Assembly (NCBI RefSeq): GCF_964204865.1
Contig: NC_135258.1
Coordinates: 14,446,001-14,510,000 of the forward strand
Source: Styela clava
Taxonomy: Eukaryota
DNA length: 64,000 nucleotides
Reading direction: 5' to 3'
Shown here: one piece after another, positions 27,720 through 39,400 of the stretch
Layout: each line of letters opens with the position of its first letter
Position numbering within the stretch: the first letter of the stretch is position 1
Notes under the pieces: generated by a model
What the model was told of the DNA's origin: nothing
What the model saw: only the letters and a program-made list of their open reading frames with translations
Database searches by the model: none
Translations under genes and position numbers: made by a program

Positions 27720-27900
27720 TAAGATATGAGTTCATGATGTGCGCCGGATTCGATCCGCCCATTTCGGAATTCCCCGTTTGGTGCTTGCGTAGCGTGTTTC
27801 CCCGCATTTCACAATTGGCTTTTATGACATCACAAAAAGACTCAAACAGCTGATTTGCAAAACAACCATTTCATAACAATTTTGCAAAGAGAAAGGATAT
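27720..27900. promoter_or_regulatory. Putative bidirectional promoter for IRAK4 and PSME3
   Basis: CpG-rich patch between divergent genes, with a kappaB consensus GGGGAATTCC (minus strand, 27766-27775) and CRE-like TGACATCA (27825-27832). Confidence 0.5.
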
Positions 27901-27944
27901 TTCGTTGTATGTCTAGCTTTACGAAACCAGCACACTAAATCAAT

Positions 27945-29010
27945 ATGGACTTTGTTCTTGATATAAAAAGTTCAATAGGCTTGGAAGCAGAAAATCTTGT
28001 GAACAAGGTATTTCCAGAAAAAACAGCACAATTGGATGCAATTCTTCAAAGCCCGGAATTTCGTCTGGAAAACATACCTTCGGTGCGCCAAAAAAGTTGG
28101 GAAAGTCACGCAAATGTAACAGCAAAGAAGGAAAATTCTAAAGCATCGACATCGGATCGAAACATTGGTGAACCTCCAGCAAAACTTTTGAAAAGTTGTG
28201 ATGAAGGTGATGCGTCAGAAGATGCTGTCGAGAAACAAGAAGTATTTTCGAATCCACAGATTGTTCATCTTTTGGAGATTATCAGACCAGAAATTATTAC
28301 TTTAATGGAATCGTGTAATACAATTCGTACCTGGGTAAGTAAAAAGTAAAAGTAGGCTGTGCCAAATATTTCACCGCATCATAAAAAACGTGTGTGTTAA
28401 GTGCAACAAACATAATTGTTAAATTTTCTATTCGTGTAGGTCATGCTTCTATTGCCGAAGATGGAAGATGGTAACAATTTTGGAGTTTCTGTTCAAGAAG
28501 AAACGATGGGAGAATTGAAAGGAGTCGAAACGGAAACTGCTGTTTTCTTGGAATCAACTACGTCGTATTTTTTCGCTCGTGCAAAGGTAGCGTGAGAAGC
28601 TCAATATTTCGAATTTTTACAAACCTTATGACGACAAAAATGTTTTTGAAGCATGAGCCATGGAGTATTTAGCATGCGTTTTACTTAGAATATGGATCTC
28701 TTTTCTGGACATTTACTGAATGTTTGTACTTTCAAACATACAACTCCTATTTAATGACTAATAGATGGATCGTAATTTGAAAGACTAAAATGCGATTGCT
28801 ATATTTCAGGTCGCGTCCAAAGTCATCAAACACCCGAAAATTCACGATTACGCCCGTTTCATTGCGGAGGAGGACGAGAAGCAATTTGTTTCTTTGCGAC
28901 ACACTGTCGCAGAATTAAGAAATTTTTATTCGTCTCTACATGATTTGATTATGAAGAATATTGATAAAATTAAGAAACCAAGAAACAGCAACCTTTCTTC
29001 AATGTATTAG
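27945..29010 (+). CDS. PSME3: Proteasome activator PA28/REG gamma, 3 exons
   Basis: Exons 27945-28334, 28440-28586, 28810-29010. Activation loop PKMEDGNNFGVSVQEE; C-terminus LHDLIMKNIDKIKKPRNSNLSSMY*. Confidence 0.93.
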
Positions 29011-29842
29011 TTAAGTTGGCAATCAAATAAAAATAAACCTTACACATACAATATACACGTTTGTTTCATGGACAAGGTCATAATCGAGAAAACAGTGAAT
29101 GAGGGCGTGACGTCAAAAACTGAAAAGTGATAGAGTTAACTATCGTGTCAGGAGCTAAAAAAGGATTTGTCATTTCCATGCCGCTGCCACAAGTCGACTG
29201 ACCCGCTATCGCTCAAGGCAAAGAGATCAACAATGTATTTTTAGTAAACAGGAAATAGTTCAAAGCCATTTATGAAATAATAGGTTATAACACTGTTACC
29301 CATGTGAAATAAATTTATAATAACATAACAACGACCTATAATAAAACCAATACATACTTTGTTTGACATTAAACTGCGATATTCACGTACAGTAGGCCTA
29401 CCGCGCTTATTTTACTGTCGTACCTTAACTATGGTGTAGTAACAAGAAATTAAGGCAGGGGTACAGACAGGTATTAATAAAAGGGGTGAAACTTTCCGGA
29501 TCGTTATATGATATGAGAGCCTGAAGTATAGCATCTGAGGAACCTAAAGCCTTAGAGATTAAATGATAAAACCGAATGCAAATGCTTTAAATCACCAACA
29601 AGAATCCTGAACATCGAAAATATACGCCACAATGTGATGTGAAAATTTAAACAAAGCTAATAATCATACAATTATTTTAATATAATACTGTACTGGCGGC
29701 TTCAGTTTTCTCTTATATTAATCATTATTGAGTGGTACCCCGATTCTCAAGTACAGTTTGAGTTTTAAATGTTATAATTCGAGTCTGCAGCCAAGTCGCT
29801 ACTGTTTTGAATCACAAGTCGACGCCGAGTCATAGTAGAATT

Positions 29843-30879
29843 TAGGGGTGGGTGATATATTCTAGAATACCTGAATCAAATACAGAATACCGAATCCTAT
29901 ACTATTTTATTGTTTTTCAAATGTGGTAATTCTCCCACCATAAATATGGATTCCAATTTTTAAAAAGCCAAATTGTCAATGTATTACTACATTTGTATCC
30001 AAATGAAAATACCCTGAGCATTTAACGACTATCAATTATAATCAAGTATGTCAGCGTGTTTATTTTCTGCGGGCAAGACTCGAAAATAACATCTTGAGTA
30101 AAATTCATTTCTATTATAAAATACTCATTTTTGGTTATTGTGGTTATACATACCACTAGCGGCAACCTTTTTAATTTGAAAATACCGCATGACACTCGAC
30201 CAAACATGTGTCGTGCTTGGTCGACAGAAACGGATTCATTGGCGACTTGAATCATAGTTAACTATGCTTGAATTACGAATATTTTATTTTATTCGGGGTA
30301 CAAAATAAATGAAAAATCAACGCATTGTTTTGCGATATCACTTTGTATTTTCGGAAACGGGGTGTCGTGAAAAAAAAATTTGATGTAAATTAATCGAAAA
30401 TATTGTCTCAACATCTATCGTCTGGTGCACATGATTTTCCGGGAGAACTCGAAGGCCGCGATAAATCATTCAAACTAAAGAATATTTCACGTACTCCCAA
30501 CATTTAAGATTGTTGCAATTAGAAAATCGTCAGTAAGGCGGCACCAATAATAATTATTCTTATCAGCGAAATAGATTGAAACTTGTAAAGTACGTTGTCT
30601 TCGCGTTCTGAATATGCAAAGCTGGGATTACGAAGTTTGATATCTGCCACATTTGCGGGTTCTTTGCGAGCGAACGCTAGTATAATGTTAAATTTATACT
30701 ACTACGGGTATAATCAAACGAGAGAGATTTCGTCGCGTAAGAAAACGCTCGTCACTGATTAATAAATTAAAAATCCGTAATACAAAAATTGACGCATGGC
30801 GCCGAAGAGGCGGAAACCGATTCCGAATACTTTGGGATTCAAATCCCCCGGATTCGGTATTCTATATTGCCCATTTCTA
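29843..30879. mobile_element. Putative non-autonomous hAT-like element (TAGGG termini)
   Basis: TAGGGGTGGGTGATATA..GAATACC.GAATC ... GATTCGGTATTCTATATTGCCCATTTCTA inverted ends; flanks GTAGAATT / ATATAATT match 6 of 8. Confidence 0.6.
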
Positions 30880-30938
30880 ATATAATTCATAAACAAAGTT
30901 GAAATGAGTTAAACTGACATTAGTTTGAGAATCAAAAT

Positions 30939-31300
30939 AGGATTCAGTCATGTATTGTCAGCATCTACCTCGGCATTAACAGCCTATTTTGTGAAATCCA
31001 TACAGACGTTATAAATTGTATTTTAAGTGTCAGCTATTTTCCATAGGCATAGACTCTATCTCAAGGACAAAAAAAAATCTCATCGGTGGTTAGCCGGCTC
31101 GTGACGTTTCGAGTCAAAAAAGGATTCAGTCATGTATCGTCAACATCTACCTCGGCATTAACAGCCTATTTTGAAAAATATATACAGACGTGGTAAATTG
31201 TATTTCAAGTGTCAGCTATTTCAAAGACTTTTTGGAAAATATTTTTCGACTGTCCAAAAAAAATCTCATCGGTGGTTAGCCGGCTCGTGACATTTCGAGT
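30939..31300. repeat. Tandem duplication, two ~180-bp units
   Basis: AGGATTCAGTCATGTA..CTCGGCATTAACAGCC..ATCGGTGGTTAGCCGGCTCGTGAC..TTTCGAGTC starts at 30939 and again at 31121. Confidence 0.9.
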
Positions 31301-31399
31301 CTTTGAAGGAGGTGAACCGGACAGTATGACATTCATGTATTCTCATGACCACACATATGGGAAATAAACCTGAATATTTTACCATATTACGCAGTAAAA

Positions 31400-31625
31400 G
31401 TAAATGTTACGAAACGCAAGAAGTCGCGAAATAGAGGTGCGATGGCGGGCGTATTTCTAGCGCTTAAAACGCTGCGGGATACCACTTTAGATTAGGACTT
31501 CGATTGATCGCTGAATCGCCAGAAGAAAAAATGACCAGATCGGCGGTGAATTTTGTTACGTAACTCTGGTCACGTGAGGTTACATAACAAAGATCGCGCG
31601 AAACTCGTGTTATTAAAAGCGGCGT
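31400..31625 (+). promoter_or_regulatory. Putative promoter upstream of the BOLA2-TRMT1L-XPC cluster
   Basis: CpG-rich, with E-box GTCACGTG (31569-31576) and E2F-like TTTCGCGCG on the minus strand (31595-31603). Confidence 0.4.
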
Positions 31626-31914
31626 GAATTGCAGTCTGATTGCTGTCAGTTTAGTTTCGCTGCGTGGGAGGGAGGATAGTGCGGAGGTTAGGAGTGATCA
31701 GGTTTTGGAGATTGGGCGAATCGAATGTTGCTACAGGGGCGGTGACTCCTCTATGAGCCGGGGCCACGGCCAATGGGCCGCAGAGGAGTCACCACTTCCA
31801 CTCGAATGTTGGGTGCTTTTGCGGAACTGGTAGAGTTAGTTTGTTTTGCAATATTTGAATTACTTTACAGCTAGGTTCGGCAATCACTTTTCTCAGTGGG
31901 CCAGTTATAGATTA

Positions 31915-33373
31915 CCGTAAAAGCGCCTAACTTCGGACAAAATTACTATATTTTCGTCAATAACTTGGCCATTTATTGTCCAAAAGGTGCCAAAATTGCT
32001 CGGTAAAACATTCGTGCGGTAATTTACATTCCCTGCAAATTTCGGTTCAATTGGACTATTTTTACTATTGAAATAATCGATATTTCTTGCCATCTGACCG
32101 TTATCCTTCACTGCCCTAACTTCGGACAGTCATTTTCTTCACTGCGTAACCGCGACGCACAGAGAGAAAGAGGCTTCCGATGCGGATTGCGTAATCACGT
32201 CGTTGCGTGAAGATAAGACGTTCGATCGTCGTCGTAACGTAACATTGACGTCACGACCAAAATGCATTAATTGAAACTTCCGTCGTCCTATGTTTACATC
32301 TTTCGTTCGTTATTTGCGATACTTCAGATGAGTATAATAACACGTTAGTCATTTTAATCAGAAAATGCATACGTAAATATATCTGATGCAAACCGTTTCA
32401 ATCCACAATGAAGTATTTTAACAGGCTTCTATCGAAGTCTTTGAAGTATTAATATTCTCGACGGATAGCTTTTTTTTTATCGTGCGCGGTTATCTTTATA
32501 ATTGATAATTTATATCAAACACACGGTAAATCCGATTGTAAAGTTTAATTTAAAATTCAACTTAATCTTGTAAACATGTAGGTCCCGTTTATTTGTTGGA
32601 GATTAAATTTATTTTTAATTTCGAGTGAAAAAAATTCAGCCAGGCCGTATTCAATAACTGTCATTTCGACTACTAATCATAAAATAATGGTTAAGTTAGT
32701 GCACTGTGCCATATGGACGTTGGAATTATCATAGTTTTATATGTTCGATTTTAACGTCATCGATTAAGTGTGACATGTATTTTCATTAATGTAATTTTGG
32801 CATATATTCATACATGACCGAACAAAATACAAAAATATTACATTGGAACGCCGTCTTTATCTTAACGGAAATTGTCATATTGGCTCCGTTGTGTCTGGCG
32901 TCAAAATTCATTTCCGCGACGCAGTGTGACGTCGTGTCGGAAGTGAGCGAAAAATAATCTACGTGAGGTTGACGTAATTTTTGACGCTGCGTGAAATCTT
33001 AATATTCTTACGGAATTTATAATTCAGAATTTTAGATTTTATTTGAATCTCGTACGACATCTTGCGATCACTCAAATAAATTATATACATTGTTGTCGCC
33101 CTCTACCGAATGATGGTATTTTGACGATGATAGCTTCAGTAGGAGCGACGCTCTGCGCCGTTGAATGCCGGGCAGTCAATTTTCGGCAAAATTTCCGTTT
33201 TTTTACCAAAAAAATAATTATGCAACATTAAAAAAGATGAGAATAGATGTAGATATAACAGCGCAACCTATAATAATTGAAATTAGCAATATACGGCGCG
33301 TTTTAGCCAAGATATGGCCGTTCAAAAATTTTGTCCGAAGTTAGGAACTGTCCGAAGTTAGGCGCTTTTACGG
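31915..33373. mobile_element. TA-flanked non-autonomous DNA transposon (Tc1/mariner/pogo-like), ~1.46 kb
   Basis: Perfect TIRs CCGTAAAAGCGCCTAACTTCGGACA / TGTCCGAAGTTAGGCGCTTTTACGG, TA on both sides, internal repeats of CCTAACTTCGGACA; no transposase ORF. Confidence 0.9.
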
Positions 33374-33916
33374 TACCGTACGGTATGATGTTTTTTGATA
33401 AATGCAAAACCCTAATTTATACCTCAACTTCTTGTACAGTACCAAGAGAGTGAGTAGATGGTTATCGTTTCCCTGTTTCATGTCGTTTGGGAATGAAATT
33501 ATTGTACTGCAGTACTGTAACCTGGTACGGTAAGTGACTTAAGATATAATATGTGGGGAATTACTGTATGCTGTACCTGTACGGTAGCTGATAATAAGAA
33601 AATTTATATTCATAGAAACTATTTTTAATTTCAGCAGGCACAAGTGGGCAGGATCCGACCCGTGGGTCGTAATTTCAGACAGTGCAATATATTTCATGAC
33701 CTCACTGCTAGCGCACTACTCGGATTATTATTAGATTATTCACACATATTCCAGTATTCATAAATATTTCATCACTTTGTGAAAAATATAAATTCACTCT
33801 TAAATCATTCATCCATCACTTATATTATTGTCTTTAGATTATATGAACGCATGTTTTTATATATGTTTATATTTTTAATTCGCCCAATTGTGACTTGCAT
33901 CTAGCCATCAGCAATC

Positions 33917-34174
33917 ATGACTTCAAGTGAGATAATTAAAGAGAAATTGCAAAAAGGTTTGCAGGCAACTTATATTGAAATAGACGATTTGTCGCCCAAT
34001 ATGTGTGGAACTAGTTATAACGTTGTTGTTGTATCGGAACTCTTTGTTGGAAAGTCACGTCTTGAGCAGCAAAGGATGGTCAATGACATTATTGCAGAAG
34101 AGATGAAATCGATTCACGCTTTTACACAAAAAACTTATACTCCAACAGCATGGGAAAAAAAGAAAAATGCGTAG
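33917..34174 (+). CDS. BOLA2: BolA-like protein 2 (cytosolic Fe-S/iron chaperone, GLRX3 partner), intronless CDS
   Basis: 85 aa: IEIDDLSPNMCGTSYNVVVVSELFVGKSRLEQQRMVN..IAEEMKSIHAFTQKTYTP..W. CG and IHAF motifs present, no mitochondrial presequence. Confidence 0.92.
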   Translation: MTSSEIIKEKLQKGLQATYIEIDDLSPNMCGTSYNVVVVSELFVGKSRLEQQRMVNDIIAEEMKSIHAFTQKTYTPTAWEKKKNA

Positions 34175-34305
34175 TTGCTGAAATAGTATGTTACCATCTC
34201 CCACACTTGGGATAGCTGTTAATATTTTCTTTCGCAATTTTTAAATCAGATTTTTAATCATATAATCATAAGGTAGTATCGAAAATAGTCAACTCAAATC
34301 TAGGT

Positions 34306-35673
34306 ATGACTGAATGTACACTATCTGAATTAGGTATTTCTGCGAAATATACAAAAGACTTTCTCACAAAGCTAGGAAACCAATGGCACACTGCTAAAAG
34401 ATTACATACTCCTCGTCTATTCTCTTTACTTGCATTATCACAAATAATTGAAGAATTTCAAGGAGCTGGAATGACGGCTTTGTCTTGTATTGATGCAGTT
34501 CCAGGTCTCGGAATGTCAGGAATGATTTGGGCGAAACACTTCGGAAAAAATGTTTCAGTTACAATCAATTTACATGACGAGATTTATATGAAAAATTGTT
34601 TGGAAAAAAATCTGAAAAATAACATTCTTGAAAACAATGTATCTATTGTATGTAGGAATCCGAATTCTTTACTACACGAATCAAATAAAAGATACAACAT
34701 GATATATCTAGAAGCATATGGAACATGTGTAAGGTACCTTGAGGCTGCTTGTTTCTCTATATGCCACAGAGGCGTATTATGTATTGTTTCAACAGACCTA
34801 TGCACTTTATATAATAAATGTCCAGAAAGAGTGCCAAGAATCTATCATGGGCAAGCAATGAAACATGAATATGGTAAAGAACTTGCTGTAAGGCTCATTT
34901 TAGCAAATGTAGCTCGTTCTGCGAGCAGATGGGACCGTGGAATATCTGTACTTTCATCTTATGTGGATGAAAATTCCATTGTTCTTTTAGTTAGAATTTT
35001 AAAAGGTGCCACGCATGCTAACAAATCATTGGATTTTATACAAAGAGTCGCTCATTGCAGAGTTTGTCATTATCGTCAAGTTTTGAATGAAAAATTGTAC
35101 TATGTTCCAATGCCAGATATCACCGACTGCTTTTGCAAAGATGGAGGAATCACAGATGAAAATGTACAACCACCGATTGTAATGTTAGGTCCAGCATATA
35201 TTGGACCCATATTCGACACTAATTTTGTGATTCAAATGGCTAAAACTCTTACCCAAATTGATATTAAAAATAAACTTGTGCCAGTCATGCAAAATATGAC
35301 ATTGGAAAGTTTGTGTCTTGATTCTGATGAGCAAGAAGTTGAAATTATTAAACTTTACAAGGAAACAATAGAAACTCAAAAAATGTCTAAAAGCCAAGAT
35401 GCTAATGAGCCGTCTGCTAAAAGATTGAAACCAAATGATAGTTTGGAGTCGATTATTCAAAAATATTCTTCGGAAACTTGTCCGATTTTCTACTATATTG
35501 TTGAGTCTCACACTAAAAAAGGGTCAAATCCTTTGAGAATTCTTGCTTCTATTCAAAAGTTGCGGTCGGTTGGATTTCGGGCTTGTGGAACGTTGTTCGA
35601 TCCAAGGGGAGTTAGGACTACTGCCTCTCCCAGAGAATTTAGAAAAGTAATTAACAGCATAACATCAGACTGA
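34306..35673 (+). CDS. TRMT1L: TRM1-family tRNA (guanine-N2)-dimethyltransferase, TRMT1L-like, intronless
   Basis: 455-aa ORF. CIDAVPGLGMSGMIWAKHFGKNVSVTIN resembles TRMT1L ([28 protein letters not shown]); also YGKELAVRLILANVARSA, CxxC (HCRVC), LGPAYIGPIFD and GFRACGTLFDPRGVRTTA. Confidence 0.85.
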   Translation: MTECTLSELGISAKYTKDFLTKLGNQWHTAKRLHTPRLFSLLALSQIIEEFQGAGMTALSCIDAVPGLGMSGMIWAKHFGKNVSVTINLHDEIYMKNCLEKNLKNNILENNVSIVCRNPNSLLHESNKRYNMIYLEAYGTCVRYLEAACFSICHRGVLCIVSTDLCTLYNKCPERVPRIYHGQAMKHEYGKELAVRLILANVARSASRWDRGISVLSSYVDENSIVLLVRILKGATHANKSLDFIQRVAHCRVCHYRQVLNEKLYYVPMPDITDCFCKDGGITDENVQPPIVMLGPAYIGPIFDTNFVIQMAKTLTQIDIKNKLVPVMQNMTLESLCLDSDEQEVEIIKLYKETIETQKMSKSQDANEPSAKRLKPNDSLESIIQKYSSETCPIFYYIVESHTKKGSNPLRILASIQKLRSVGFRACGTLFDPRGVRTTASPREFRKVINSITSD

Positions 35674-36091
35674 AAATATTGACATCTTTTGTCTTGTGAT
35701 TTTAATGAAAGCTGTAAAAAAATTTCATTTTATGCACAATAGAACAAAAATTTTTCATCTTTGCTGTGAACCGAAACTAGTAGTTGCTTAACCTTATGTG
35801 AAAAAATTCGTGCAGGATCCAAAATGCCTTACCTCAATGGCCCGCTTGTCAGTGAATTTTGTAGTTTATTTTTATGGAGCATTGATATGAGTTGAATAGT
35901 TACATATTTACCTGAATTGGGTGTTTTTAGATTTTATTCCATTATACCTTCTCAAGCTCTCAAAATGTGTTTTGTAGTTATAGATTTTATTTGAACTATA
36001 TTTTGTCACGATCCTACCATAGGTATTAGACATTAGTAAAACACATCAATTAACACCCAATTTATAATTTGAACTATAAAATTGTATAAAG

Positions 36092-36279
36092 CAGTGGTTT
36101 CCAACCTTTTTCGCTATATTCCTCTTTTCGCGCATATTTTGGAACTACTGTATTTATTCAATCAGTAATGAATCATTAGCTTGTATTATGTGTGTATAAA
36201 TAAGCATTAGAGTAAGAATATTAGCAGTTTTACTAGACCAAAATCACAGCACAAAGTTCCTTCGGATTGGGAAACGCTG
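36092..36279. mobile_element. hAT-like MITE between TRMT1L and XPC
   Basis: CAGTGGTTTCCAA ... TTGGGAAACGCTG with perfect 8-bp TSD GTATAAAG. Confidence 0.85.
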
Positions 36280-36490
36280 GTATAAAGTATTATTGGAAAT
36301 GAAAGTATCATTATTTGAGGAGTCTACTTATACTGTCTCTTTTCCCGTATTATCTTGTAAATTTTGAAATGTGAAGTTCCATGTAGAAGTGCTTAATGTG
36401 AAGAAAATATTTTGGGCTTTTTATTAAATTGCTCCATTTATTTAAAATGTTTAGAAGAATAGTGAATAGTTTAGGTTAGCTTTTGTAAAG

Positions 36491-39400
36491 ATGTCACCTG
36501 ATACAACAACAGAAAGTAGTGATGAGGAATGGGAAGAAGTTGAAGAATCTCAGAAATATGAAGAAGAAGAAAAAGATGTTGTTCCATCTGCAAATGTGGA
36601 GGTGATTACTATTTGATATCTTGAATACAAATGTTTTATCTAGTCTTGTATTTTAGTCCTTGTTTCTTTTGAGTTATTTTGGCCACTAGATTGGTTGCTT
36701 GCAGTCATTTACACTATAATATGGTCCTTCCCCTTCAGTGTTGAGAGTATCAATAAAGATAGATTTTAACTCTACTACTATTCTCTCCACTCTCAGTTGG
36801 AGGCTCTCAATTTTGCTTTGAGTAATCTAGTATAGGCCCTACTAGAAATTATGTTTAATATGAAAATTTTTCTACTTTATATATATATATATATATGATG
36901 TACCTGTGTTTTATTTGTATATTCTCATATTATCACCTTGCAGTAATCAATAATAAATCCTAAAATAGTCCCTCAATCTCAAATTCTTGAACAACTACTT
37001 TGAGTATTGAGTATCAGTCAAATTATACAAATTAATTTTGCATAGATATTGAATATGTTTTTGATTATAGGTTGAGTTGGTTCCAGATGCTGTGAAGAAG
37101 AAACTAAAAAGAGAAAAATGGGATCGAGAAATGGTTGAAACATGCATTAGGCAAGCAGCTAAGAGAATTGACAAAGAAATGCAAACTGTTATGCATAAGG
37201 TAAACAAATTTGGTTTCAGCTCAGAAAATATGATGCATTCTGATGGAAAAAGTATTTTTGTATGATGATCTGAATTTCAATACAAATTTTCTAAAGTGTC
37301 CCATCATTCAAAAGACAAAGGATGATTGACGAAGCTCAATCTTTAAAAATTCAATTTCATTCAATTTAACTAATTTTCCAGGATAATTTGAATTCTTGAT
37401 ACCAGGATAACACAGCAGGGAATAGCCTAAATATGATTATATTTAGTAAACCTCTTATATGAGTGGTTCCTATTTTTTTATATTTCCTGGGAATGTCTAC
37501 TCAAATGTGATACGGCACACAAAAACTAGCCCCCGCTCGTTTGTCATTTCATCTACTGCGGTTACCACGGTTACCCCACCAGTGGTGCCTGGAGTTGTTC
37601 TCTCGAATCACCATGAACGACACTGGAAACACCAGGTTGCTTAATCGTACCGACATGGCTGATTTCTGTCATTAAATATTGTTCCACTTCCTTTACTTGT
37701 TTTTTTATGAGATTCCCTCAAAGATGACGCTGTTTGATAACCGTGACTGGTTTATCGCGTCTCCCATCACATTATTTTATATTTTACCTTACTTTTGTAT
37801 ACTTTCGTATTTTCGGTATGTGAAAAAAAACATTACTGATTACTGACTCATTGAAATTATCAAAATATAGGTTCATCTTATGTGTCTCTTAACAATGGGA
37901 ATGCGTGTTAACCGAATTTGCAACAATGAAGAACTCCTATCAAGAACATATTCTTTACTTCCCAAGAAGTACCATGATGTCAAGCCGAAACATGTCTCTG
38001 CAATGTTCTTAACAAGGTTTGAATCGTTTTGTAATGCTAAAATCTATTCTTTTCAGCTGTTCATTTTTTTCATTTTTCATCCATATTATCATTTCAAAAG
38101 TTTTAAGTTGAGTTTATAGAGTTGAAAGTTCAATGTTTAATTTTAAAATTTGAATTTGTGTCTCACTGCCGCCAAATTGCATTTAGACTGAGAGTAAATT
38201 CAGATTTACTTTTGCACAGGGTACCAGTGCATGTAACTCTTATTTCTTCTTTTTTTCTCTTTTTTCTTCACTATCTGTGTTTAATTCAGGTTTATACAAG
38301 ATATGCAAAAAATATTTGAGACTGAAAATGGGGTGGAAAAGCTTCTTGGTTTTGGAATGCTCAGATTACCATTCTTGGAGACTAAGATGAAAAAAGCTCT
38401 GGAAGCACAAAAAGTCAAGTTCAAGTTGGATTGGGTGTTGGTAAGTCTTCAGTTTTATGACTTTTGCATAGATATCCATTATTCATAAACAAACATGGAA
38501 TTGCTTAGGGTAGAACACATTGATTTCTATCTTTTCAATTGAAGAGGGGAAGAATATTCAATTCCAACTTCCAAGATATACTGTTATTTGGTTGCAATCT
38601 CACATAAGCGAGTAAAATTTCAGATAGTTTTTCAGGTTACTATCACCTATTTCATAGATGTCCATGGATATACTTTACAAGTTTTTTTATTCTCAGGTTT
38701 TTGTCCTTGCATTGCGAGCCATGGGATTGAATACAAGGCTAGTGGTATCATTACAGCCTCTTCCTTTGAAAACACCAATAGAGAAACGAGATGTGAGTAT
38801 TTTATGAAGAATTTCGAGGCTCCTAATTAGTTCAAAATGAAAAATATTAAATGACTGTAAATAAGAAAAATCACAACCGTGCTTGATGATATTACTTGAT
38901 ACTTTTTCAGGAGAGCGTTGCTGCGATCAAATCGAAAATTTACGCATCAAAGAAAAATAAAACTAAAGATATTCCGCTTTTAATGGACAAGGACAGCAAG
39001 GTGATACTTCAACTCGATGGAGCGAATGATTCTCCGCAGAAACGACGAGTTACTCGATCATCCACTGCGGGAGTGAAAGTTAACAATGAAGAATCCGTCA
39101 ATCCTGTTAAAGCTCGGAAACGAAAAATAGCTAAAAAAGATTCCGATGAAGAAAATGCTGCTCCTTTAAAAACAAGGAGAAGTAAATTGAACAAAGTTGA
39201 AGAAAAAATTACCGAAGTATCGACAGCTGTAGCAAAGAAAGAAGTAACGAAAAAATTGAGAAAATCAAAGAAAGATACAACTGCAGTCCAAGAAAGTAAA
39301 ACTAAGAAAGAAAATGTATCAAAACAAAAAGTATGTTACTTACAGCGATTCAGAAGTAACTAGCCAATTATATTTATCCAAGATTGTCTTGCTTAACAAG

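Noticed and set aside
31495-31550. 7SK-like GATC...GATC stem
   Set aside because: Weak pairing, no matching 5'/3' closing stem and no 7SK 3' hairpin recognised.
31741-31793. SECIS element (ATGA...AA...GA inside a stem)
   Set aside because: Helix II spacing and pairing do not fit, and no selenoprotein CDS lies upstream.
33400-33530. Telomerase RNA template-like AACCCTAA followed by small hairpins
   Set aside because: An 8-mer is expected by chance; no pseudoknot or H/ACA boxes found.
34170-34306. BOLA2-TRMT1L fusion by splicing or read-through
   Set aside because: The candidate splice combinations I tried give immediate stops, and TRMT1L has an in-frame upstream TAA.
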